Shown piece after piece: positions 9,652-17,886 of a stretch of DNA of 60,006 nt. How positions within the stretch are numbered: the first letter of the stretch is position 1; every line of letters begins with the position of its first letter. The stretch comes from Ignavibacteriota bacterium. GTDB taxonomy: Bacteria; Bacteroidota; Ignavibacteria; UBA10030; UBA6906. Position numbers and translations under genes: made by a program. The notes beneath the pieces were generated by a model. It was not told the DNA's origin. It saw only the letters and a list, made by a program, of their open reading frames with translations, and ran no database searches. Location: assembly GCA_003152875.1 (NCBI GenBank), contig PMBF01000076.1:118598-178603 (forward strand), written 5' to 3'.

Positions 9652-10796
9652 AGGATCGCCACCACATCCGAAATCATGGCACCGCGGCACATGGCGGGAA
9701 GGGCGGAAAGGTTGACGAACGAAGGGGCCTTCACCTTCACCCGGAACGGACTTGCCGTCCCGTCCGAGACAATATAATATCCGAGCTCACCCTTGGGAGT
9801 CTCGGTCCTGGCATAGAGCTCTCCGGCATTCGGACGGATGCGCTTCGGGATGGCGGATTGCACGTCTCCCGGGGGAAGCTGCTCGACCGCCTGCTCGATG
9901 ATGCGGACGCTTTGCTCCATTTCGTGCACCCGCACCATGTACCGGTCCCAGCAGTCGCCCACCGTCCCTTTGAGGCCCAGGCCGACGGGAATATCGAACT
10001 CAAAGCGGTCATAGATCGAATACGGATCGTCCCTCCGGAGGTCCCAGTGCACCCCCGACCCCCTCAGCGCTGGTCCGCTCACGGCATAGTTCACGGCAAC
10101 CGCGGCCGGGAGGACTCCCACATTGGCCGTACGCTCCACGAAGATTTTGTTGTAGGAGAGGAGGTCGTTCAGCTCCTTCACATTCGGCTTGAAGTAGCGG
10201 CAGAAGCGGCGGACGGACTCCTGGAAGTCCGGCGGCACGTCGTGCGACAGGCCGCCCACCCACATGTAATTGTAGAGAAGCCTCGCGCCGCAGGTCCGCT
10301 CGAAGATGTCAAGCACGTGCTCGCGGTCCCGCATGCAGTACAGGAACGGCGTGAACGCTCCGATGTCCATGCCGTAGGTCCCGATGGCGATCAGATGGCT
10401 CACGATGCGGGAGAATTCGGCCATGATCACCCTGATGTACTCCACACGCTCCGGGACCTTGATGCCCAGCAGCCGCTCCACGCCGACCACGTAGCCGAGT
10501 TCGTTGCTCATCGCCGCCACGTAATCGAGCCGGTCTGCATACGGAATGACTTGCTGGTAGCTCGTCATGTGCTCGCAGTGTTTCTCGAAGCAGCGATGGA
10601 GGTAGCCGATATGAGGGATTACGTCGACAACGATTTCGCCGTCCACAACGAGCTCCAGGCGCAGCACGCCATGGGTCGAGGGGTGCTGCGGTCCCATGTT
10701 GATGACCATCTCCTGCGAGTCCAGGGATCGTCCCAAGCCGGGAACGGTGTCCGGACGCCGCGCCTGCGGCTCCGCGGTGATCGCTCTTGGGTCCAT
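9612..10796 (-). CDS. nuoD: NADH-quinone oxidoreductase subunit D
   Basis: NuoD 49-kDa motifs (MGPQHPSTHGVLRL, C-terminal SIDIVLGEVDR). Start MDPRAIT at 10796, where the ATG overlaps the nuoC TGA by 1 nt (TGATG). The longer ORF start at 11105 would lie inside nuoC. Confidence 0.92.
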   Translation of the reverse strand: MDPRAITAEPQARRPDTVPGLGRSLDSQEMVINMGPQHPSTHGVLRLELVVDGEIVVDVIPHIGYLHRCFEKHCEHMTSYQQVIPYADRLDYVAAMSNELGYVVGVERLLGIKVPERVEYIRVIMAEFSRIVSHLIAIGTYGMDIGAFTPFLYCMRDREHVLDIFERTCGARLLYNYMWVGGLSHDVPPDFQESVRRFCRYFKPNVKELNDLLSYNKIFVERTANVGVLPAAVAVNYAVSGPALRGSGVHWDLRRDDPYSIYDRFEFDIPVGLGLKGTVGDCWDRYMVRVHEMEQSVRIIEQAVEQLPPGDVQSAIPKRIRPNAGELYARTETPKGELGYYIVSDGTASPFRVKVKAPSFVNLSALPAMCRGAMISDVVAILGSIDIVLGEVDR

Positions 10797-11275
10797 CAGT
10801 ACGGCACCTTCATGCCATTGTAGTATTCGGGCACCTGGAAGTCCTTCCGCAGAGGGTGCCCGTCCCAATCGTCCGGCATCAGGATCCGCCGGAGGTCCGG
10901 GTGGTGATCGAAGATGATTCCGAACAGGTCGAAGGCCTCGCGCTCGTGCCAGTTTGCAGTTTTCCAGATCTCTTCCACCGATTCGACGTGCGGGCTGTCT
11001 GTCGGGAGCTGAACCTTCAGCGTGATCTTGTGCTTCAGGACGGTTGAGTCCAGATGGTAGACCACGCCGAGCTTCCCCCCGGTGTAATCCATTCCGCTGA
11101 GGCACATGAGAAGGTCGAATTTCATCCGCTCATCGTCGCGGAGGAACAGCGCGACCTCCTTGATGGTGCCGGGGACCACATTGATGGAGGGTTGAAGGAC
11201 ATTGTCGGTCTTTGCCTCGGGTATCGCGTCGGCAAATCTCTCCTTCAGCGCAGTGCAGATCTCTGGAGCGTTCAT
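10796..11275 (-). CDS. nuoC: NADH-quinone oxidoreductase subunit C
   Basis: 159 aa with the 30-kDa subunit pattern (NWHEREAFDLFGIIFDHHPDLRRILMPDDW). Confidence 0.9.
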   Translation of the reverse strand: MNAPEICTALKERFADAIPEAKTDNVLQPSINVVPGTIKEVALFLRDDERMKFDLLMCLSGMDYTGGKLGVVYHLDSTVLKHKITLKVQLPTDSPHVESVEEIWKTANWHEREAFDLFGIIFDHHPDLRRILMPDDWDGHPLRKDFQVPEYYNGMKVPY

Positions 11276-11312
11276 GAGCGGTTATCGTTGCAGAACATGA
11301 ATGAACCGCCGT

Positions 11313-11807
11313 TCAGGCGGTTTTCTCTTTCACCAGGCTCTCTCCGCGGATCTTCTCCTGGAGTTTCATCAGCCCTTCCATCAAGGCCTCCGGACGAGGC
11401 GGACACCCCGGGACGTATACATCCACCGGGATAATCCTGTCGACGCCCTTCAGGACGTGGTAGCCATGCTCCCAGTACGGCCCGCCGCAGTTCGAGCAGC
11501 TCCCCATCGAAATGACATACCGGGGTTCCGACATCTGGTCGTAGAGGGTCTTGATGCGCGACGCCATCTTGAGGGTCACGGTCCCTGCCACTATCATCAC
11601 GTCCGACTGGCGGGGCGATCCACGAAAAAACGTGCCGAACCGGTCAAAATCGTAGTGCGACGCCCCGGTGGCCATCATCTCGATTGCGCAGCAGGCCAGG
11701 CCGAATTGCATTCCCCACAGCGACGAGAGCCTGGCCCAGTTGAGGAGAGTATCGACCGATGTGACAAACACGTTTCCGTTTTCGAACCGTTGATCCAGAA
11801 GTCCCAT
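11313..11807 (-). CDS. nuoB: NADH-quinone oxidoreductase subunit B
   Basis: 164 aa with the N2-cluster ligand motifs ([26 protein letters not shown]). Confidence 0.92.
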   Translation of the reverse strand: MGLLDQRFENGNVFVTSVDTLLNWARLSSLWGMQFGLACCAIEMMATGASHYDFDRFGTFFRGSPRQSDVMIVAGTVTLKMASRIKTLYDQMSEPRYVISMGSCSNCGGPYWEHGYHVLKGVDRIIPVDVYVPGCPPRPEALMEGLMKLQEKIRGESLVKEKTA

Positions 11808-11810
11808 GCG

Positions 11811-12245
11811 TTATGCCTCGATGCCGTCTTGATGCGCCTCCTCGTGAACCCCGGTACCGGCGGCGTACCGCGGGATGCTGGGTGCGGGTTTGTCCCAATC
11901 AAGGTCTCCTTTTCGCCAGACGTAGGCGTATCCCACGAGCAGGATGACCAGAAAGACCGCCATCTCGATGAATGCCGGCCATCCGAGACCCTTGTACACC
12001 GTCGCCCAGGGGAAAAGAAACACCACTTCGACGTCAAAGATGAGGAAGATCAGGGCAACGACATAGAAGCGGATATTGAACCGGATGTGGGTGTCGCCGA
12101 ACGGGGTCTCGCCGCATTCATACGTGGCGAGCTTGCTGGGATAGGGACGGTTGGGGCGCAGAAGCCAGGCCGTGATCAGACCGACGGCGACAAACAGCGC
12201 ACCGACGATCAGAAAGATTAATACTCGACCAAATTCGGTCAGCAT
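11811..12245 (-). CDS. nuoA: NADH-quinone oxidoreductase subunit A
   Basis: 144-aa first gene of the operon with the NuoA/ND3 pattern (YECGETPFGDTHIRFNIRFYVVALIFLIFDVEVVFLFPW). Confidence 0.88.
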   Translation of the reverse strand: MLTEFGRVLIFLIVGALFVAVGLITAWLLRPNRPYPSKLATYECGETPFGDTHIRFNIRFYVVALIFLIFDVEVVFLFPWATVYKGLGWPAFIEMAVFLVILLVGYAYVWRKGDLDWDKPAPSIPRYAAGTGVHEEAHQDGIEA

Positions 12246-12460
12246 GAATACTCATCTCCGTTGTCCAGAGAGTGGGGGAACTCTGGCCGTGATAGACCCT
12301 TGACTGGATGCAGAAGAGCAGGAGTTCGCCCGTGGGGCTTGTCGAGGTGGTCCACCGGGATGAGGATGGAACCGCTGCGAGACTCGCAAGGGGCTACGAC
12401 GGTGTGAAGTTCAGATGACTGCCAGTGAGCCTATCGTGGCTTGAGACCCTAAATTTTTCC

Positions 12461-12490
12461 AATATACGAAGAACAAGCCGGCAAAGTCAA
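12461..12490 (-). promoter_or_regulatory. candidate sigma70-type promoter of the nuo operon
   Basis: On the minus strand: TTGACT (12490-12485), 18-nt spacer, TATATT (12466-12461). It lies about 215 nt upstream of the nuoA ATG, which implies a long leader. Confidence 0.45.
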
Positions 12491-12793
12491 TCGATCTTCC
12501 CGTCCTGTTTGGCTCCCCTTCATCACTCCGCCGCCCAGTCTCATGTCCGTTCACTGGACCTGCCGGGCTCTCTGGTTCCCGTACCTTCCGGCCGTGAGCG
12601 GGCTCATGGGGAAACACTCCGGATGCTCCGCACGCCCCCTGTTGTACGCGGGCTCATTGTCGCAAGCGCCATGCCAGATTCAGCAGCCCAATTCCGGCCT
12701 TATCCCCTCGAATCTGCATCCCCGATGGGAGGAAATTCCCACTAATGGGAAGGGCCGGGAATAAGGCCGCCGCCGGCATGACGCACCCGCCGC

Positions 12794-15121
12794 TCACATT
12801 GCCGCAGTGGCAATACCGGAGATGGTCAGGCTGTCCTGGCGGGTAACGGTGAAACGCGTGGTCCGATACGGCGGCGGCTTCTCGAACCATACCGGCGTCG
12901 CCAGTGTATCGAATGTCATGGTCGCCGACTGGCTGATTCTCTGGTTCTTCTTCATGATGAGAGTCACCGGTACTCTGAGGAGCGTATCGGGAAAAGCATA
13001 CCAGCTGAATACCTTTCGCTTGTCGGTAAGCCCTCCTCCACTGGACGGGCCGCGGACCCCCATGATCCATGGAGAGACAGCCTCAAACCTCCGGCTGCTT
13101 TCGAAGGAAACCGTCACGGCAAGCGGCCTTATGGGCGCTCTGAGCACGAGAGTTCGCTCGAGCGTTACCAGGGAATCGCTCATCCCAATGATGCTGTCAT
13201 GGACAGACACGGCGCACCACGCATCAGGATCGAGATGGGACGAAGGAAGCGCCGTGGCACTCCCCGCCAGAAGCGTGTCCCTCCCTTCCCACCGGACTCT
13301 CATCTCTCTGAACTTCTCGCTCGACGAAATCCTCACGGCACCGCTCGTGTCAAGGCTGTTCCACGCCTGCCTCACGCGCACGATCGGCTCCCATTTCGCA
13401 TCGTAAGGAGTTCCAAGCGAAAGGAGTGTGACGGCGAGGACCAGACATCCGCCGGCTGCCGCCAGGCCTCGCGGACCCGAAAGCATGCGAATCTTGAGCA
13501 GGTCCCTCCCCGCATGCCGGTACCATGCAGCGGCGGCGAATGTATACGGCAGCAAGAGAAGGCCGAAAAGGAGAATGTATGCCCCGTGGTACAGAAGCGC
13601 CTGCACCAGTGTATCGGGCACGAACGTGGTTATGAGATGTTGAAACAGACCTAACCCATCGAAGAAGACCACTTTATATCCGATCACAGCCGATGCGAGC
13701 AGTGCACACAAACCGGCCCATGGAGACCGGACCCACACTGCGAGTGTCCACAGGACAAGGAGCGCGGCGGGATACACGGCCAGCTCCACATCCCTCGCCG
13801 CCAGCAGGGCCGTTACGGCGACGGGAACCACCACTGCGCGCAGAAACATCGGGGCGGTGCGCCGGCTGATCTTCACGCGCATCAGCCATCTGATTCCCAT
13901 GAATGTCCCCAGCACGCCTGCCACGATACCGAGCACCACGAAAGCAGGGAAGCGGGCCGCCCACGGGTACCGGTACCCTTCGACGATGCCGACGAGGCTG
14001 GGGGACATCCAGATGAACACGCTCACGAACAGTGTCACGCCAAGAAGCTTGAGCCCCGACAGGCGGATCTTCGGCAGCCTCTGATGCCGCTCGCCTCTGA
14101 ACAGAACAAACAGAAGCCAGAGTGAACCGGATATCGAGAGCACGGCAAAGGCCCTGATCGCCCAGTGCGGGATGTAGAGCGGAAGATTGCCTGCTTGCAC
14201 AAGCCAGTACTGCTCCGTAGACCCGGCCGGCTGTCCCCTGTCGAACCGTTCGGCCAGCCTCAGCACGAGGTCTCCCGAGCGCTTCAACCCTGAAGGGGTG
14301 AAGTTGCCGAGGTTGTCGAGGGGCGAATGGATGGGATACGTGATGTCGGTGGTGAAATCGATTGCGGGAATCCCTCGCTGGATGAACGGGATATGGTCGG
14401 AACCGGAGGAGCCCGAGCCCGTGGAGTTCAGCGTGGCGAACTGCGTCGGGTAGCGAAGTCCGCTGTAGTGCAGGTCATTATAGAAGATATCAAACGAGGC
14501 CTCCACGAGCCACCGCGGAGCGCTTACCTGAAACGGACCGTCGGGATCAGCTTCTACGGGCCCTTCCCCGTCGGCCATATCGATCTGCAGCATAAGCTTC
14601 ACGCTGTCGATCAGCGCGAAATTCCCGGCAAAATACTGAGAGCCACAAAGTCCCATTTCCTCCCCGCCCCAGAGGCAAAACAGGAACGTGGAGTGACGGG
14701 GTTTCTGGGCGAGAATCCGCGCCAGCTCCAGCACGCATGCCGCACCGGAACCGTTGTCATTTGCGCCCGGGACCTCAGGTCCTTCGGAATCAATGTGTCC
14801 TCCTATGACGATGATCCGGCCTGTCTCTCCCTTGAGCACGCCGACGGCAATCCCGCTCCGGGTGTTCACGCCGGCCGCAAAGGTGAACGGCATGATAAAC
14901 GTATCCTGACAACCGAACGCCTTCAGGCGGCCGAGCGCGTACTCCATGGCCTTCCGCTCTGCGGGAGAGCCCATCGGCCGGGGACCGATGGTTCCGGCAA
15001 GCATGCGAAGGTGCTCCATCGCACGGTCCGTCGAGAACTCTGAGGTGGTATCGGGTCCGGCAAACATCGCCGCCGCGAGAAACAGCACGAGCACCGCAAC
15101 GAGACGCGTCTTGGGAATCAT
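12794..15121 (-). CDS. M28-family metallopeptidase fused to a polytopic membrane domain and a C-terminal beta-rich domain
   Basis: Signal peptide, then M28 zinc-site motifs (GGHIDS, NDNGSGAA, WGGEEMGLCGS, GSDHIPF), then about 8-9 hydrophobic helices and a ~200-aa tail. I chose the start at MIPKTRL (15121), because the ORF start at 15199 would overlap the upstream gene. Confidence 0.8.
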   Translation of the reverse strand: MIPKTRLVAVLVLFLAAAMFAGPDTTSEFSTDRAMEHLRMLAGTIGPRPMGSPAERKAMEYALGRLKAFGCQDTFIMPFTFAAGVNTRSGIAVGVLKGETGRIIVIGGHIDSEGPEVPGANDNGSGAACVLELARILAQKPRHSTFLFCLWGGEEMGLCGSQYFAGNFALIDSVKLMLQIDMADGEGPVEADPDGPFQVSAPRWLVEASFDIFYNDLHYSGLRYPTQFATLNSTGSGSSGSDHIPFIQRGIPAIDFTTDITYPIHSPLDNLGNFTPSGLKRSGDLVLRLAERFDRGQPAGSTEQYWLVQAGNLPLYIPHWAIRAFAVLSISGSLWLLFVLFRGERHQRLPKIRLSGLKLLGVTLFVSVFIWMSPSLVGIVEGYRYPWAARFPAFVVLGIVAGVLGTFMGIRWLMRVKISRRTAPMFLRAVVVPVAVTALLAARDVELAVYPAALLVLWTLAVWVRSPWAGLCALLASAVIGYKVVFFDGLGLFQHLITTFVPDTLVQALLYHGAYILLFGLLLLPYTFAAAAWYRHAGRDLLKIRMLSGPRGLAAAGGCLVLAVTLLSLGTPYDAKWEPIVRVRQAWNSLDTSGAVRISSSEKFREMRVRWEGRDTLLAGSATALPSSHLDPDAWCAVSVHDSIIGMSDSLVTLERTLVLRAPIRPLAVTVSFESSRRFEAVSPWIMGVRGPSSGGGLTDKRKVFSWYAFPDTLLRVPVTLIMKKNQRISQSATMTFDTLATPVWFEKPPPYRTTRFTVTRQDSLTISGIATAAM

Positions 15122-15182
15122 GGAGTGCGGAGGATTGTGAGATAAAAGGGGAAGAGGCGAAGAGGTCCGGCAGGCGTCGGCT

Positions 15183-15746
15183 TCACTCGTATGCTCCACC
15201 TTCAGCAGATTTCCACTGGATTTCGGGCATATTTGCCCTTACATTTGCGTAGCGGGCGAGGACGAACAGCAGGTCGGAGAGCCGGTTGAGGAACACGATC
15301 GCCGCCTCGCCGATGTTCTCGTTCTTTGAGAGGCGGACGCACACACGTTCCGCGCGCCGGCAGACCGTGCGGGCAAAATGCAGCCTCGCGGCAACAGGCG
15401 AGCCGCCGGGAAGGATGAAATTCTTCAGGGGCTGAAGCCGTGCTTCAAGACGGTCGATGAGAGGTTCAAGTCCTGAAGCATCCGCCGGCTCGATCCGACG
15501 GATCTCTGGCCGGAGGGCGGACCGGGGTGTGGCGAGATCGGCTCCGAGATCGAATAGGACGCTCTGGATCGGTTTGAGAACCAATTCAATCTCGGGATCG
15601 TTACTATCAGCGAGTACGATCCCCAGAACGGAATTCAGCTCGTCAATAGTCCCATAGGCTTCGACGCGCAGAGCGTCTTTCGGTACACGCTGTCCGCCAA
15701 AAAGCGCGGTGTCTCCCCTGTCCCCTGTCCGGGTGTAGATCTTCAT
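15183..15746 (-). CDS. ATP:cob(I)alamin adenosyltransferase, PduO type
   Basis: MKIYTRTGDRGDTALFGG...RVEAYGTIDELNSVLG is the characteristic PduO-type N-terminus. Start taken at the MKIY methionine. Confidence 0.85.
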   Translation of the reverse strand: MKIYTRTGDRGDTALFGGQRVPKDALRVEAYGTIDELNSVLGIVLADSNDPEIELVLKPIQSVLFDLGADLATPRSALRPEIRRIEPADASGLEPLIDRLEARLQPLKNFILPGGSPVAARLHFARTVCRRAERVCVRLSKNENIGEAAIVFLNRLSDLLFVLARYANVRANMPEIQWKSAEGGAYE

Positions 15747-15795
15747 GAGGTGTCCGCTCGTGCCGTGAATGTAGATAATTCGACTCTGACAATCA

Positions 15796-16416
15796 ATGAG
15801 CACATCCTGTCATTCCCGCCGCCGCTCCCTTCTATACCCAGGCTGCGCGTGCCGGCCGCTTCGGCCATGGGTCCTCTGCATCGTCCCTCTTCTCCTGTCC
15901 GGCTGCCTCACGGTGGAAAGCAAGGAGTACCACGTGACGTTGAAGGACGATGGTTCGGGTGAGGCCCGGATTGTCTTCCGCAATATCCAGTCGGAGAGTG
16001 ACGATACGACAAATACCACCGACGAGGATTTCCAGCAGCTGGTCGACACTTATCTTCTCGGGAACCGATTCGAAAAAGACAACCCGGGATTCCACAACGT
16101 GCGTAAGCGCCTATTCGAGGAGAACGGCAAGCTCTGCGGCGAGGTCTCCATCTCGTTTGACAGCCTGGCGACCCTCCGGCTGTACAGGTACGAAACGGAT
16201 GGACCCCTGATGTATTTTGTGGGGAGCCCCATCACGTCCGAAGTTCTCCAGGGGACCAACGGCGCCTACGGCCGCGACTGGATGCCGGTCGTCTTCTGGC
16301 CTCATGACACCCGCGAACTCTTCATCAAGACGAAGATCATTTCCCAGGCCTCATATCACCGGTCCCTTCTCCCGAACTTCAAGAAATGGGAGCAGGCCGG
16401 AAAGTCCCAGAAGTGA
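15796..16416 (+). CDS. hypothetical lipoprotein
   Basis: Lipobox LLLSGC after a hydrophobic stretch, but the n-region is unusually long if the ATG at 15796 is used. I recognise no family. It is transcribed divergently from the adenosyltransferase gene. Confidence 0.55.
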   Translation: MSTSCHSRRRSLLYPGCACRPLRPWVLCIVPLLLSGCLTVESKEYHVTLKDDGSGEARIVFRNIQSESDDTTNTTDEDFQQLVDTYLLGNRFEKDNPGFHNVRKRLFEENGKLCGEVSISFDSLATLRLYRYETDGPLMYFVGSPITSEVLQGTNGAYGRDWMPVVFWPHDTRELFIKTKIISQASYHRSLLPNFKKWEQAGKSQK

Positions 16417-16484
16417 AGCACGGCTACACTGCCCCTCCCCGGTGCATCGTCAGGAGCGGGGGAAACCTGCGCACGAGTTGGAAG

Positions 16485-16530
16485 AAAAACTGCAAAACTG
16501 TATCTTTGGCGGGCATACAGTGCAGTTTTT
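16485..16530 (+). terminator. rho-independent (bidirectional-looking) terminator
   Basis: AAAAACTGC..ACTGTAT, 11-nt loop, ATACAGT GCAGTTTTT. The stems are 9 + 7 bp with a 3-nt bulge, with an A-run before and a T-run after. It lies 69 nt after the lipoprotein stop. Confidence 0.65.
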
Positions 16531-16611
16531 GTTGCTCGAGTGTTGCCCATGGATCAGCGAATCAGGGGGAAAGGTCGGAACACAACTGGGAAAGGCGGGA
16601 TTCTGTAAGTA

Positions 16612-17856
16612 ATGGAAGCATGGCGCAGGAACCTGTATGTCCTCTGGGGTACCCAGTTCCTCGCCATGGTGGGAATGAACCTCGTCGTCCCATTCCTCCC
16701 CTTCTTCATCCGCCAGCTCGGCGTCACTGACCCCGACGACCTCTCCCGCTGGAGCGGCGTGGTCTTCGCGGGACCGTTTTTCCTCTCCGTGATCGCCACT
16801 CCTTACTGGGGCAGCCTGGGCGACCGCTACGGCCGGAAGATCATGGTTGTCAGGGCGCTCTACGGCCTCGCCCTCTCCCAGATCCTCATGGGATTCTCCC
16901 AGAATGTCTACCAGCTGCTCGCTTTTCGGATCGTGCAAGGGGTGATCAGCGGCTTCATCGCCTCTGCCCTTGCGCTGGTCTCCACGAACACGCCCAAGCA
17001 GCACATCGGCTACGCCCTCGGGTTCATTCAGTCTGCATCGGCCGGCGGGATGGTGCTCGGACCGTTTGTGGGAGGGGTGCTTGCCGACCTGATCGGATAC
17101 CGCGAAATTTTCTTTCTCACGGCGGCGCTGTGCGCCATCGGTGGGGTCGTCGTCATTGTGTATGTCCGTGAGCAATTCACTCCCCCTCCCGGCGGGACGG
17201 CGTGGACCGTCCTGCAGAATTTCCGGCTCATGGCCTCCGACCGGAGGCTTCGGGTCGTCGCTCTGACGCTCATCGCATCCCAGATGTCGGTCCTGATGAT
17301 CGAACCGATCTTCGCCCTGTATATAGAAAGCTTTAAGACCGACTCGCGCTACATGTCGACCGTGGCAGGGAGCATCTTCTCCATTCTCGGCTTCTTCATG
17401 GTGATCTCCGCCCCCTGGTGGGGGCGGCGGAACGACAAACACGGCTACTCCCGCAACCTCGCCATCGCATTGGTCGTTGTCGGCGTGGCCTATGCCGGTC
17501 ATATCATCGTGCGCAGCCTGATCCAGCTTGCAGTCCTGCGGGCGTTCCTGGGATTCGCCCGGGGAGGAGTGCTTCCCAGCCTTTACGGATTGACGAACCT
17601 CTATGCCCCCCAGGACCGCCGGGGAGGGATGATGGCCGTCGCCTCCAGCATGACCATCCTCGGCAACATGGTGGGACCGGTCGCCGGCGGACTCATTGCG
17701 GGGCACTTCGGCATTATCGCCTCGTTCATCGCGACAAGCCTCCTCATGGTGGCAACGGGCCTGATGGTTTCGCGGAAACTTCGCGATGGCCCGCCCGGTG
17801 CCGGGGACGATCCGGGGCGTCTGCAAAGCGTGGAAGTTGCAGAGAGGAGTCCATAG
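16612..17856 (+). CDS. MFS transporter (drug:H+ antiporter-like)
   Basis: 414 aa, about 12 TM helices, with the MFS loop motif GSLGDRYGRKIMVV between TM2 and TM3. Confidence 0.85.
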   Translation: MEAWRRNLYVLWGTQFLAMVGMNLVVPFLPFFIRQLGVTDPDDLSRWSGVVFAGPFFLSVIATPYWGSLGDRYGRKIMVVRALYGLALSQILMGFSQNVYQLLAFRIVQGVISGFIASALALVSTNTPKQHIGYALGFIQSASAGGMVLGPFVGGVLADLIGYREIFFLTAALCAIGGVVVIVYVREQFTPPPGGTAWTVLQNFRLMASDRRLRVVALTLIASQMSVLMIEPIFALYIESFKTDSRYMSTVAGSIFSILGFFMVISAPWWGRRNDKHGYSRNLAIALVVVGVAYAGHIIVRSLIQLAVLRAFLGFARGGVLPSLYGLTNLYAPQDRRGGMMAVASSMTILGNMVGPVAGGLIAGHFGIIASFIATSLLMVATGLMVSRKLRDGPPGAGDDPGRLQSVEVAERSP

Positions 17857-17886
17857 CCATTTCCCGTGACCACACGAGGTGTCTCC

